Of a stretch of DNA of 64,000 bases, positions 13,167 to 27,013 are shown one piece after another; position 1 is the stretch's first letter, and each line of letters begins with the position of its first letter. A model generated the notes under the pieces. The model did not search any database and was not told where the DNA came from. It saw nothing but the letters and a program-made list of their open reading frames with translations. Made by a program: the position numbers and the translations under genes. The DNA lies in assembly GCA_951406725.2 (NCBI GenBank), contig OX597836.1, positions 40,982,001 through 41,046,000 of the forward strand. Reading direction: 5' to 3'. Source of the DNA: Octopus vulgaris (taxonomy: Eukaryota).

Positions 13167-14940
13167 TATATTTGTAGTCAGATCCAACTTGATGGTGGTT
13201 CAGATCCAGATCAGCCCGATCCCTCCTGCATGATTGATGTTTAACCATCCAGTCTTTATTCAGCTGTACTATGCTATCCACTGTCTCCTTTTAAGATAGT
13301 ACTAAGATATGAGAGAGATTTGGCTGTTAGTTGATGTTGATCATCTGATGTATAGACTCCTTCATTGGCTCTTTGTTGATGTAGTGTCATTGATTTGCAA
13401 GTTCAAACTCCACTACATCCCTGTTATGTGGCCTTTGTGTTCCACGTCTTGCAGCTATCTATCCATGTTATGTATGTTGTGGACTTTGTGTGTACTCTGT
13501 CTTGGAATTAGCTCTTTCAATTCCCTTTCAGTTCTTTGGCTTTTGAATTTTATTTCCTTGAATTATCTGTCCTGTGGCTTTTGAGTTCCATGTCTTAGAC
13601 TTAGTTATTAATATTATGTTGCCTTTAAATTCTTTGGATTTTTTTTTTTTTTAGTTTTATATTTTAAAATTAACTATCCAGACAGACTTTCAACAGACCT
13701 GGAGTCGAGAGGATACATGTTATGAGGTTGTGAACAACAGCAAAAGGACTTTGCCAAACCTAGCAGGATTGATTGATAAATTGATTAATCAAGCAATCAA
13801 TTAGTTAATTGGGTTAACTGTTAATGAATTAATTATCCACACTTTTCTTTGTTATTGTAAATATTTCTCATTGTTTCCATTTCGTAATTTCCATCAGCAA
13901 TTTATATTTTTAAATGATGCAAGAAGAAAAATTGAGAATGTATTTGATATGAAGTAGGGCTTGAGAGGTTTTGTACAGCGAAAATTTATCAACCTTGAAA
14001 AGTAATAGCTTCCAAACCTCATGGTTCCACTGTGTGGAATATCAGGCAAATGTCTTCTATAGCTCTGCGCTGACCGATGGAAACTGAAAGAAACCTGTTT
14101 CTGTCTCCTTGTCTTGACATCGTATAATAGTTATGAGTGTTTCTGTCATAAATAGTCTTCTTCATTTCTGAAATTCTGTGAAAACCTTCCAGCCATGGTG
14201 GAAATATTGCCTTGCTTGGAAACAGGATCACCTACAGGAAGGGCATCTGGTCACAGAAAATCTGCTTCAGTAAAACTCCATTTGACCCCTGCATGCCTGA
14301 AAAAGTGGATGTTAAAATGATGATTTAAACTTAAGAAAGTTATTCTTCAAAAGTTAGTGGCTGTAAAAGGTTTTGTCATCAGACTTTGCATTTCCATAGC
14401 ATTCTCCCAGAAAATGTAATATTACCAGTTTTCATGATCAAACCTCTGTGGAACTTTGAACTACATTTATTTTTATCAATCTGAGTGGGCGGCTTGTGAT
14501 GGTCTTGGGCGACAGCAAACCTTACTCCACACCAATTAAATTGCATGGTCCAGTTCACTAATTACATAACTATAACATCGCTGTGTTTTTTTGACCCTTT
14601 TGATACCAACCTGCCTGGGACCATCTCTATAATACAAATTTCCTGTTATAAGTTTATCTAAATTCAACTTTTCATTAAATTTCATGTAAATTTATGTTGC
14701 AAAAACCAGCTTAATGAATGGCAAAGTTATTTTACTAAATCCTTTATTTTCAAAATTGAGACCCCCTTATTGGCAAGAAATATAAAAAAAAAGGGTTTTA
14801 GGTCATGTAGGCGCTTTATTTCACATTTGTAGAAATAATTGTGAATTTTCTTTTAAATTGTAATTCTTTCAAATCTAGATCTAATATTTTATTTTTTGTG
14901 AAATATACTGATGATGATGATAATCTCTTTTCTTCATTAG

Positions 14941-15058
14941 ATGAATGCACACAAGAAAATATGGGATGTTGAAGATGATGGTAAGAGTCAAGAAGCAAAC
15001 AAGGGTATTTTTTCAAGTAGCCCTTGGACACCACGTGATAACACCTGGAGCACTGCAG
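14941..15058 (+). CDS. pum: Pumilio exon A (MNAHKKIWDVEDDGKSQEANKGIFSSSPWTPRDNTWSTA)
   Basis: ttcattag| acceptor and CAG|gttaga donor; resembles the PUM1/2 KKFWE...KGIF...W segment; ends in phase 1, giving D-H-T-V-S-Q-P with the next exon. Confidence 0.85.
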
Positions 15059-16680
15059 GTTAGATTTATGTTTATATGTATACACACACACACATTATAA
15101 TCTTATTTTATTGCTTTGAAAGCAACTGTTAACTAATTTCTTTTCAGTATTTCCATGATTGTCTATAGGTGTCCCAAGACTGTGGTTAGGGATAAACCAA
15201 AGAAGACTTTGTATGCTGTATTTATACAGCATACCAAAGACTCAAGGACCTGTAGAAAGATTGAAGCAGTCTGCATGTTTGTTTCTCCCTGGTTATAGTC
15301 GTGTGGTGAAGAGGTTTGCCTCCCAGCCATGTAGTTCCCTGGCTTAATTGCTCTGAGTAGCAAGTCTAGCGAATCTTCTGTCATAGCCCCTTTTGGATTG
15401 ACCAATATCTTTGCAAGCAGCATTTAGAAATTGTGCTGGAAGCCCACAATAGTGTGTGTGTGAGTGTGCGCATTGCCATTGAGAATTCATGGAAGAAGTT
15501 TCGTGGGAATATGTGGATTTCACAAGCGGTCCCCAACAATCCTGCATGCAGAGACATCCTGTTTGCCGCAGATTGTCCGCAGACACAGGGACAGAACGAC
15601 TGAGGAGCCACTGGTTGCCGAAACAGACACCCCGAGGATTTTCACCAGAGTCTGCCGGGTTGTGGCCCTAATACCACCCGGTGTCAGACCAATCTGCCTT
15701 GGGTGGCCCTACCAGCAACCGAAGTTCCCGACACCATAGCTCTGACACTACCCGTTGCCAGCGTCCCCACCACAGTGAGGAGGGGATGAACTTTGGGGAC
15801 ATGCGTGTGTGTCCCTTATTTGAATTCTGTTTGTGCATGATTGGATTTTAGTGGTAGGGATACAATGAGCAGAAGAATGTTCCACTCTCAAGTACTTCTA
15901 CAAAGAAACCCTTCTCCCTAAATTAATTTCCACCGTTTTTGAACCCTAGAACTCTTAAAACAATTTTCCTTTTATTAACACGCACTTTTCCTCATTGACA
16001 GCAACAATGCAAGATGATTAAGTGGGATGATTTGATAGGGGTAATGAGAGGCTGTCTAAGACACCAGTGTTGTAGAGTTAACAGTATTAATACATATGTA
16101 TAACTACACTTGTGTATGTGTATAAAGGGGGTTTGATTCGTGGGCCAGGCAGCATGTTGTGTTCTTGAGCAAAACAATTAATTTCAAGTTGCCCCAGTCC
16201 ACTCAGCTGTAAATGGGTAGCCCTGTGATGGAACAGCCTTCTTTTGATCAGAGGGAACGTTGGCCTGTTTCCCCTAGCCAGCAGGGTGACACACTTTTCA
16301 AAGCGCATTGTGATCAGTGATGTACAACATCCAATGGTCTGGTTTATACTGTGATACCAGTACTGTTAGATGGATGTATATGTGTGGCTTAGTGATTAGG
16401 ATATTTGTCTCATGATCAGTAAAGCACTGGGATTAATTTAACACTGCTACAAAGCTGCTGGATGTGACCGGAATCATAACGGAATGCTATTATTTTATAA
16501 TGGTTGTGAGTTCGATTACTGGCAACAGGTTGTGCTCTTGAGCAAGATACTTTATTTCATGTTGCTCCAGTCCACTCAGCTGGCAAGAATGCATTGTACC
16601 TGTATTTCACAGGCCTAGTCTTGTCACATTGTGTCATGCTGAATCTCCCTGAGAACTGTATTAAGGGTACATGTGTCTGT

Positions 16681-16911
16681 GGTGAGCTGGCAGAAACGTT
16701 AGCACGCCGGGTGAAACGCTTAGCGGTATTTCGTCTGCCGCTACGTTCTGAGTTCAAATTCCACCAAGGTCGACTTCGCCTTTCATCCTTTTGGGGTCGA
16801 TAAATTAAGTACTAATTACGCACTGGGGTCGATGTAATTGACTTAATCCGTTTGTCTGTCCTTGTTTCTCCTCTTTGTGTTTAGGCCCTTGTGGGTAGTA
16901 AAGAAATAGGT
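16681..16911 (+). mobile_element. SINE family B inserted in a decayed family C-like SINE
   Basis: Colinear with family B; flanking 16380-16680 resembles the family C head and body. Confidence 0.8.
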
Positions 16912-17255
16912 ATATGTGTGCTCGGTGTGCTACCGTTTCTGCCAGCTTGCCGCCTTGTGATACCCTTAAAGCCAGGAACGTTTCAGTACCCTCTTGCATT
17001 TGTGTGTGTATGGTGGGTGGGAAGGAGGGTGCGAGCTAAAGATAGCATGTCTTGCACACGAATTACCCAAGTTTAGTGCCACCCTATGTACTTTCTTCAT
17101 AACTTAGTTTTTGTATGAAATTTTGGGTTTCAAGAGAGAATTTGTGTACACACACACACACACACACACAATCGTGTGTGCGTGTAGATATGTTTATCTC
17201 AGAAGTAAGCCAAGAAAGTCAGTAATTTTGTATGCTTTTTTTTTTTGTCTTCTAG

Positions 17256-17446
17256 ATCATACTGTATCTCAGCCATTAAGTGTTGTTCAAAGGCGTGCCA
17301 GTAGTTTTACTAACAATGAAGTGAACAGTGTACTTTCTCCTCGTTCAGAAACCAATGCCCTTGGTGTAAATATGGTGGAATATGTGTTAAACAGTTCCCC
17401 GACAGGAAAAGATCTTAACCCTAGAATGAATAGATTAAAAAATTTT
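17256..17446 (+). CDS. pum: Pumilio exon B ([14 protein letters not shown]...[28 protein letters not shown]...), conserved N-terminal motif
   Basis: tctag| and |gtaagt; matches the PUM motif [23 protein letters not shown]; phase 1-0. Confidence 0.93.
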
Positions 17447-17619
17447 GTAAGTATATTTTATCTTTAACCCTTTTCTTATTATATTTCTGTTATATATTCT
17501 GCCTTTGTTTCAATTAAGTTTTAAGATAATGAAGTATTTAGTAAAATAACTTTCTAATTATCAAGCTAGGGTCTGGAATAATTTAGTATAAATTTTTGAT
17601 GGAAGATTATAATTTAGAC

Positions 17620-17903
17620 GGATCTTTTCGGTTTGAACGGCAGTTTTTTTTCTAGCGGTGTCATATGAAATTGTCACCCATAATTATAACCCTAGTATCG
17701 ATCTATTGCATTTCAATCTATTTTAGGGTTAGGGGTGGGGGAAGGGTATCTTTTTTTCTTCAGAAATGTAAATAAACTCAATTTGTTTCTTAAATGAGGG
17801 ACATATTCATACGGCACAGAATGTTTTCACCTCAATTAGACGTCATTGATTGGCTGAAATTGCAGAAATTGAAGAAAAAACAAACAACAAATATCTTACA
17901 AAC
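17620..17903 (+). mobile_element. Truncated copy of TIR element family G
   Basis: Left end GGATCTTTTCGGTTTGAACGGCAG, matching 43525-43812. Confidence 0.75.
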
Positions 17904-18638
17904 TAATCTGAGATTAGACATTTAATCCAAAGCAATGTAGAAAAATATTACATTTGACAGGTAATCCGAATGCTAAAAATTTAAATGAAATTGTTAAAAG
18001 GTGGTATATAGGGATGGAGGTGGGGAGAGCAAAGAAGAAAAATTCTTTGAAAATTACTAGAAACTGGAAATATGAAATGCAAATTTTAAGAAATTAAAAG
18101 ATTTTTGTTTTGGTAGATATAGGGGCAAAAGGTCATTAGTTTGGCAGTGGAGGCTGCAGAACTTGCCTCGAGATGATTATGGATACAGAGTTGCAAACCC
18201 TGGAAAGGGCAGTGTAATGAGGTAACTCAGCTGGTGCTTGATCTACCCCGGTTGGGTTGCCTAGGTAACTGTGTCAGATGTTGAAAGATGTTGTGCATCT
18301 AATTAGCGGTAGGAAACATCATTGCTGTGACTGAATACATCATCGGATGGTGTAGGGATAGACCCAGATAGCTTTTTATTATATTGATTTGAAAATACAA
18401 TAGTTCTCTCCCTGATTGCAATATATATTGTGAAACATACTGAATAACCAGCGAGAGGAGGCGTTCTCCTGGGGTTAAAACAGCAGTATTGTCTGTTCTT
18501 ATACAACACCCATTTTAGGTGGTGATTAAACATGACTTCTCTGTATACTGCTTTCATCTCTAATAGAAATTTTCTTAATGGAATAGTTAATTTTTTGTTT
18601 GTTTTAAAGACAGACATTAAAAAAATATTTATAGAGAT

Positions 18639-18805
18639 GGCGCAGGAGTGGCTGTGTGGTAAGTAGCTTGTTTACCAACCACATGGTTCCGGGTTCAGTC
18701 CCACTGCACGGCACCTTGGGCAAGTGTCTTCTACTATAGCCTCGGGCTGACCAAAGACTTGTGAGTGGATTTGGTAGACGGAAACTGAAAGAAGCCCGTC
18801 GTATG

Positions 18806-18847
<42 letters not shown>

Positions 18848-19052
18848 TGTGTGTGTCTGTGTTTGTCCCCCTAGCATTGCTTGACAACCAATGCTAGTGT
18901 GTTTATGTCCCCGTCACTTAGCGGTTCGGCAAAAGAGACCGACAGAATAAGTACTGGGCTTACAAAGAATAAGTCCCGGGGTCGAGTTGCTCGATTTAAG
19001 GCGGTGCTCCAGCATGGCCGCAGTCAAAATGACTGGAAGCAAGTAAAAAGAG
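18639..19052 (+). mobile_element. SINE family A
   Basis: Full-length copy. Confidence 0.88.
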
Positions 19053-19173
19053 AGAGAAAAAAAAAGAGATATTTGATGTTGATTTGTTGGAAAGCTTTTT
19101 TTTTTTAAATTTGAGATTTTTTTTGTTTGTTTCGGTCTTGCTCATCACATTTGCCTAACTTTAATTTCAACAG

Positions 19174-19322
19174 TCAGATGCTTCAATGGACAATTCTAAT
19201 GATAAAAAAAGCAAAACTCCATCTCCGTTTGAAGCAGGGGATGGTAGTGATCTGGAGAAACAGGATGCTTTACAAACAAATGGAATCCTTCAAAACGGAT
19301 TAGATGAAGACGACGGATATCG
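19174..19322 (+). CDS. pum: Pumilio exon C (SDASMDNSNDKKSKTPSPFE...NGLDEDDGYR)
   Basis: caacag| and CG|gtaagt; open frame, phase 0-2; SPFE and NG motifs as in PUM2. Confidence 0.85.
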
Positions 19323-19659
19323 GTAAGTTACTATAATTTGGTGTTGTTGTTCGCTCTGTAACACTAATGCTTAAGAGTACTTTGTAAAGTTAAACGAAGA
19401 ATTTTAATATGATTTTAATCAATGGAAAATGTACTGAGTCCTGTATTTGATGGTATAAAAGAAGCACAGGCATAGAAAATGTGCCCCGCTTCAGTAGTAC
19501 ATCATGTTTTCTATGCTGGCATGGGTTGGACAGCTTGATAAGTTGGCAAGCTGTAGGGCAGCACTAAGCCCTTGTCGTCTCTTTTGGCATGGTTTCTAAG
19601 GATTTTGATGCCCTTCCTAAAGCCAACTGTTTTATAGTGTATTGGGTGCATCATCTTAA

Positions 19660-19880
19660 CCCTTTAGCATTTAAACCAGCCATATCCGGCCAAAAGTATT
19701 CTGCCTGTTTTATGTTCAAACTGGCCAGATCTGGTCTCTCACACCAACCCTACAATATCGTTTTAAGAATTAACAGCTACCTCATCAAAATCTCATAGCT
19801 ACAAGATAATGCATGATTAGTTCAAAACAATGTGGATAAAAAAGCCTTCATTTTGGTAGAATAATGCGAACACTAAAGGG
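19660..19880 (+). mobile_element. piggyBac-like MITE family E1
   Basis: TTAA TSD, CCCTTTAG/CTAAAGGG ends, 221 bp. Confidence 0.85.
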
Positions 19881-21729
19881 TTAACATCTGTTTTCCATGC
19901 TGGTGTGGGTTGACCAGGGCTGGAGAACTGCACCAGGTTCCAGTATGATTTGGCTTGGCTTCTATGGCCAGATGCCCTTTCTAATGCCAACCACTTTACA
20001 GTGTGTGCTGGGTGCTTTTAATCTGACACTGGCATGAGTAGTGCTTTCTATGTGGCACAGAACTCCCGCAGGCCGATCTGCTACACAAGAATGCAAGTTA
20101 TATGCCATGAAACACAGTGTACTTGTACTGAACTTAAAAGATCACCATTTGTTTGTAGCTTATAGCCTCATCTTGGGAGAAAAGATCTGTATAAATTTTG
20201 GGGAAGACTTCCTTGAAGGGGTCAGATTTATGATATCTTCTCTAGGACCATAGAAAGACTCGAACTCTGCTCTACAAGTTGACAGATATTGTTCCATACA
20301 GTGGTGCCTATTTGCAATTGGATAGACTGAGCTGTCTTTATTTTGGACAAGTGCAGCATCGCCAGAGGTGCAAATGACCATATTTCATGGTATAAAAGAG
20401 GCACACAGGTGTATTAGACAGATCAATCAATTTCTGCAGCACATGTTCAAGGAGAAAGTTTGTAACGTATTAATGCATGTAATATCTAAATGCTTAGCGG
20501 TTTTTTGTCTGGCGTTACGTTCTGAGTTCAAATTCCGCCATGGTCGACTTTGCCTTTCATCCTTTCGGGGGGTCGATAAATTAAATACCAGTTACGCACT
20601 GAGGTCGATGTAATCGACTTAATCCCTTTGTCTGTCCTTGTTTGTCCCTCTATGTTTATCCCATTGTGGGCAAAAAAAAAGATGAAAAAAAATATCTAAA
20701 GCATTTTAGCATATAGGATGAGGAGTGGATTTTTTTTTAACCCTTTTGTTACTGTATTTATTTTGAGATGTTCTGTGTTTCTTTCAATTAATTTTAAATA
20801 TAACAAAGAATTTAGTAAAATAACTTAGTTATCATTCAGCTAGTGTTAGGAACATAAATTGTGACTAAGGTTTGGTGGAAGATTTTAATTCAAAACTTAT
20901 GAAAACAGGACATTTGTACTACAAAGCTAGGGCCAGTTTCAGCCGGGTTGGTATCAAAAGGGTTTAAGCCCTTTTCCTGATAATAGGGTTTTTTATGCCA
21001 GCGTTTTTGTTTAATGTCTTTCCATACTGGCATAGTTTGGATGGTTTGAGAAGAACTAGCCACCTGGAGAGCTGTGCAGGCTCCAGTTATGTTTTGACAT
21101 GGTTTTTACAGATGGATGCCCTTCCTGACACTAACCATTTTACATGGTGTGCTGAGTGCATCATTCGTGGCACTGGCATGGGTACATTACATGAGGCACT
21201 GGCACAAAAACAAAGGCCCCTTGGCTAGGGAATGGAGTAGGGGCATGGCCATAAGGGACATGCTTGTATGTATGAATGGCTATGATTTTACTTGGTGTGT
21301 CTTCTCCAGTACAGCAAATCACCAGAGGTCTTGGATTTCTCAACTGGGATCCGTATAAGATTGGCGGGTGGTAGTGGTGGTGTCCAGATGCAATATAGTG
21401 ATTTTTCAGGGGCCATGAAAAAATTTTGTGTCAGACCCGTGAAGTTTATGTGCAATAAATTGATTAAATGTCCACAATACACAAAATATTTTAATTTTTA
21501 ATACAAGTCCTTATATTTAATTATAAATAGGATTTTTTAAACATTGAATGGCCACTTAAGTAAAATAGGAATCGTGGGGGTTCATAGGTAAGGAATGGTT
21601 GAGAAGCCCTGTTCTAAAAGAAATAGCCTATTTCCCTCATTTTGGACCTCACCATTTTAAAATAATGGAAGGCATGTTAGAGAACACAAATATGTGAGGG
21701 TGTTGACTGGAATGTTTTTGGTCCTGGCT

Positions 21730-22103
21730 CTGTGAATCATCATTTAGTGTCTGCTTTTCATGCTGGCATGGGTTAGACAGTTTGACTGAAAACTGGTAAG
21801 CTGGAGGGTTACACCAGGTTCCAATCTGATTTGGCATGGTTTCTACAACTGCACGCCCTTTCCAACCGTTATGTATTAAGATGTTTTGGGTCTCTGTTCC
21901 ACTGCGTGGCATCTTGGGTAATTAATTGTAAAGGCACTGGCAGCACTGTGGTTCAGAAGTTTGCTTGGCAACCATATGATTTTGGGTTTAGGCCTATGCA
22001 ATACTTTGGATGATTGTCTTCTGCTATAGCTGCGGGCCAGCCAATGCAGATTTGGTTAGCAGGAACTGAAAAGAAACCCATCATGTTTATATATGTGTAT
22101 ATG
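21730..22103 (+). repeat. Local direct duplication, copy 1 (copy 2 at 23214-23592)
   Basis: About 375 bp of high identity by eye, made of family D and family A fragments. Confidence 0.85.
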
Positions 22104-22309
22104 GAAGTTGATTTGGGGCATAGACAACAAACTATTTTGTAATTATTGTTCTTCAGTTGTTGTTCTATTATTGTTCTTTTATTACCGTCTTTCATTTGTA
22201 AATGATAAATGCTAATATTTGTGTTATGTATTGAAAACCGCTTTTACATATTTTTCACTTTTAATATACTCTATTGTGTTTATGTACACTGATATTGTAC
22301 ATATTTCAG

Positions 22310-22556
22310 CGGAAGCCGCCAGAACTCCCCTATCGATGAAGTGAAGGTGAACCAACCTACCATCTTGGTGGATGGGCAAAAATTGATGAAGTCGGAGTCA
22401 GATTTTCTTGAAGCTCAGCATACTCTGGCTCAACAAGGGTTTCAAATTGATCCTAATACATTTGAGCCTGTTGCTATTGATCCCCTTCATTTTGACTACC
22501 CTAATCACTTGATGCCATCAATGGACAGTCCAAACTTCAACATGGATTACACTCAG
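22310..22556 (+). CDS. pum: Pumilio exon D (GSRQNSPIDEVKVNQP...NFNMDYTQ)
   Basis: tttcag| and CAG|gtatgt; GSRQ.SP motif as in PUM2; phase 2-0. Confidence 0.88.
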
Positions 22557-23213
22557 GTATGTTATTGTCCCCTAATTAATTAACTGGGGTTTTTTTTTTT
22601 TCCACTTCACCTGTCTCATTTTTTTTATCCCATCATTGTTGTATCTCATATATGGTCCCTTTATTCTCATTGTCAGGAAATTTATCAAAGTTTATGGTTA
22701 GTCGTGAAAAAGTTTTGATTTTTAAAGTTGCATGGTCATGTATTGATGCTTGGCTTCCCAATCATGTAGCCATTAGTTCAATCCCCCTGCATGGCACTTT
22801 TAGCAAGTGTTGTCTACTATAGCCCTAGGCTGACCAAACCCTTGTGAGTGGATCTGGCTGGTGGAAATTGAAAGAAGCTCATTGTATATTTGGGTGTGTG
22901 TAGACATTACATGATGGTTGAAAATGAGCATCATCAAAGCTAGGCTGTTCATTGCAGTCTTCCATGAGAAACCTCTCTAGCAAGGGGTGGGGGAATATTG
23001 CCTTGCTCAGAAACAGGTAGGGGTTGGTGACAGGGAAGATAATCAGTTGCAGAAAACTTGCTTCACCAAATTCCGATTGATCCATTCATGCATAAAATAA
23101 TGGATGTTGAACAACAATGAAGAATTGGAAATCAGTTGTACTCAGTGAAGTTGTCATGTCTTTAGGGGCCACCATTTAAAGTGTAATTTTTAAAATCAGA
23201 TTTGTCCTTATAT

Positions 23214-23592
23214 CTGTGAATCATCATTTAGTGTCTGCTTTTCATGCTGGCATGGGTTAGACAGTTTGACTGAAAACTGGTAAGCTGGAGGGTTACACCC
23301 GGTTCCAATCTGGTTTGGCATGGTTTCTACAGCTGCATGCCCTTTCCAACCGTTACATATTAAGATGTTTTGGTTGGGGTCTCTGTTCCACTGCATGGCA
23401 TCCTGGGTAATTAATTGTAAAGGCACTGGCAGCACTGTGGTTCAGAAGTTTGCTTGGCAACCATATGATTTTGGGTTCAGTCCTATACAGTACTTTGGAT
23501 GATTGTCTTCTGCTATAGCTGCGGGCCAGCCAAAGCAGATTTGGTTAGCAGGAACTGAAAAGAAGCCCATCATGTTTATATATGTGTATATG
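23214..23592 (+). repeat. Local direct duplication, copy 2
   Basis: Matches 21730-22103. Confidence 0.85.
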
Positions 23593-24097
23593 TTTGTGCA
23601 CATCTATGGTTGCTTATTTGAAAGTTATGATATTTGAGCAGTTGTTGTTGTTGGCACTTGTCAGTGGCTTGTCCATCCCCTTTGTGCCTTTGAAATGAGA
23701 GAAACAAGTTAGGGTCATGAAGGGCATCTGTAAATCAGTGCCTGATAAACATATTTGTTTAACCCATGCTAGCATGGAAAGACGCATGTAAAGTGAGCAA
23801 ATGTTCCCCTGTTGCACACGCTTGCACATCATTTTCCGTCCACTTTCCCATGCTTGCTTGGATCAGACGGAATGTTTCGAAGCACGTTTTCGATGGCCAC
23901 ATTGCATTTCCTGCCACCAACCCTCAACTGTTATTAATCAGGTGTTTTCCACAAAAGTCTGGAAACGTGTGACAGTTATGCTTATTTACGACCATCACAG
24001 ACAGGAAGCCAGGACAAGAGTACACACACACACACACAGCTTAAAATTCCTGCCTACCAAATGCATTCTCAAGGCTTTGGTTAATCACATAGCCATG

Positions 24098-24134
<37 letters not shown>

Positions 24135-24477
24135 CATACATATAATAGTGGACTCTCGTCATTAGACGACATACGAGGGTTTGACAATTTCTTAGCGAAC
24201 AACCACACACACACACACACACACACGATTTGTTTATAGCGATCAAAGTATTTGTGTAGACATTAAGCTCACTCCCTCCATCAGATCGACATTACCTGTA
24301 CAGGTGCAATGGGTGCCACATGTCAGGTGTCAGTGTGATTGCAGAGCAACACGGAATGAAGTGCTTCGCTCAAGAACACATGACGCAGCACCTGGTCTGG
24401 GAATCGATCCCACGTTCTCGTAGTCGTGAGTGCAACACCTTAACAACTAGGCCAAGCACCTTCACTATCTTCCCCTC

Positions 24478-24541
<64 letters not shown>

Positions 24542-24613
24542 TAAATTGTATGTATGTATTTGTACTTTTGTTATTGTATAAAGTTCTATATTGGACTCTA
24601 ATCTATTTTTCAG

Positions 24614-24692
24614 CTTCTTCAGCGTCAACAACAGCCTATTGCAGTACTCACACAGCAACAGTATGCTCTGGCTGCCCAGCAGCAGCAATTAG
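24614..24692 (+). CDS. pum: Pumilio exon E (LLQRQQQPIAVLTQQQYALAAQQQQL)
   Basis: ttttcag| and G|gtatgc; QQQYALAA motif of PUM1/2; phase 0-1. Confidence 0.9.
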
Positions 24693-25085
24693 GTATGCAA
24701 ATTTGCCAATTTTCTATTTTGCTATCTTTTATATATTTTTTTCAAAAAATTTTCAAATATTTCGTCAGTGACTATTTAGTTCAAAAGATGAGATCTCAAA
24801 CTATCTTATATAGTCCTAGATAACTGACATATTTATTTATTTATTCTGGTTATCTGATATTCAATAGCCAATTTTGAAATGTTTTAAATATTTGTTTTGA
24901 AATTGTCAAGTGTAAGTTTTTCACTGTAACAGAACCCCCCCCTCCACTTAAGTCGCTGTTAATGATGCATTATTTGTGCATGTGTGATTAATTTTTGCTT
25001 GTTTGTTTTAAGTATTGTCTGTTTGTTCAGATGTGTAAAAATTCTCATATTTCACAATGAGGTTATATATATATATATATATATA

Positions 25086-25468
25086 CTAGCAGTATCGCCC
25101 GGCGTTGCTCAGGTTTGTAAGGGAAATAACTATAAAGCATTTTTAGAGAGTTATAGCCAAAAAATAGCAAAAAAATGGAAAAAAATGATGGTAAATTTTT
25201 TTTGAGATTTAAAAAGGTGGAGTTGCGTCCCCTAGACAATTTATGGTTTGTGTTTCTGATTCTCGACCCCATGTCGAATTTATCGATTTTTTTCAGAACT
25301 GGGGGAACTTTTCAAAATTTTCGCTGCGTTAGTTTTGAATTATGACATTGGGCTATGTGTGTGTCAAGTTTCATGAGAATCGGTTGAAAGCCGTGGTCAG
25401 GGTGAGGGTACAAGCAAACAGACACACAGAAACACGCACAGACAAACTGCCGTTTATATAGAGAGAGA
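25086..25468 (-). mobile_element. Non-autonomous Helitron
   Basis: Minus strand A|TC start, subterminal GC hairpin CCTGAGCAACGCCGGG, CTAG|T end, no TSD. Confidence 0.8.
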
Positions 25469-26180
25469 TATATATAAAATCATGAAAGGAACTGTTTTTT
25501 TTTTTTTTCTATATCGTTACTGTAATTATCAAATCATTTGATTACTTTACAGTTTTAGTTTGCATGACTCTCTTGAAAGTCACCGAGATAATATCTACCT
25601 ATATAGATACCAAAATTATTTATTCCCTGTACTGCTTTTACTCCTCTGCCCTACTTTCTTTCACCCCTTTCAATATTGTGCCCCACTTGGTTATGGTGGA
25701 TGGTCTTATCTTGCCTGTACTTGGTGACCTTGCTACTTTCAATGCCAAGAAGGAAAGCACTCACCCAGTTCACTCTGGAAAGTAGTTGGTGTTAGGAAGG
25801 GCATCCAGTTGTAGAAACGATGCCCAAAACGGACTTTTATGCTTGGTATAATCCTTCGACTTGTCGGGTCCTCTGAAATAGTCCAGTTCCATGCCAGGTG
25901 GGAAACTGACATTAAATGAGGATGATGAAATTTTGGAAGGAGTAACAATATTGATTTCATTTTGTTTTAAATGTTTTTTTTTAGTGTAGATGAGATGAAG
26001 CTGGTCGGTTTTGTTGCTGTAGGACTTAGGTCTTATGTTCACAGTAGAATGATAGTCTTTGTGTGCAGAACTCTAAACATTTTGATTATACACCCTGTTT
26101 CGTATCATATCTAGTCCATCTGTAGGTGGCAGTTTCAGAAGACAATTTGCTAAATTTAAAGTATGTAAATAAAAAAAAAT

Positions 26181-26532
26181 TGTGTGGTAAATAGCTTGCT
26201 TACCAACCACATGGTTCCGGGTTCAGTCCCACTGCGTGGCACCTTGGGCAAGTGTCTTCTACTATAGCCTCGGGCCGACCAAAGCCTTGTGAGTGGATTT
26301 GGTAGACGGAAACTGAAAGAACCCCGTCGTATATATATGTATATGTATATTTGTGTGTCTGTGTTTGTCCCACCAGCATCACCTGACAACCGATGCTGGT
26401 GTGTTTATGTCCCCGTCACTTAGCGGTTCGGCAAAAGAGACCGATAGAATAAGTCTTGGGGTCAATTTACTCGACTAAAAGGCGGTGCTCCAGCATGGCC
26501 GCAGTCAAATGACTGAAACAAGTAAAAGAGAG
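26181..26532 (+). mobile_element. SINE family A
   Basis: Colinear copy, slightly 5' clipped. Confidence 0.85.
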
Positions 26533-27013
26533 TAATGGGGACATTTATCATTATTGATGAGTTTCCGATACCAACATTTCATTTAAAAAAAAAAATTACG
26601 GTATATTGGTGTAATGAGTTAAAAAAATGTTTGACTCACTTTTCAATTACTTTGAAGTTGTCAGGTGATTTAAGGAAAATCCTTCAAGAATTCATGCAAA
26701 TAGTGTAATAGGTATGTGTGCATGTGCACAGATGCAGGAATATTAGTGAATTCTTCCTAAACAGTATTTTATTCTTTCTCATTGGAATTAAGACTTTGGC
26801 TAGAGCCATGTATGATCAAAGACTAAAGCTGAATGATGAAACTAAGTTCTGGCATTATTGCACTTCGATATATTTTTACCTGGAATATCTCTGAACATGT
26901 TTATTACTGTCCACCTGGGCTAATATGCTCTTGAAAATATGGACCACTACACAAGATATGTAGTTGACTATGGTAAACTAGGAGTAATTTGATGGAAGTC
27001 TTCACATATTTAT

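Noticed and set aside
13681-13800. Open, exon-looking stretch after ccag
   Set aside because: No convincing donor and no homology
17722-17742. TTAGGG-like motif (also about 43627)
   Set aside because: Only two units, internal to TIR family G; not an interstitial telomere array
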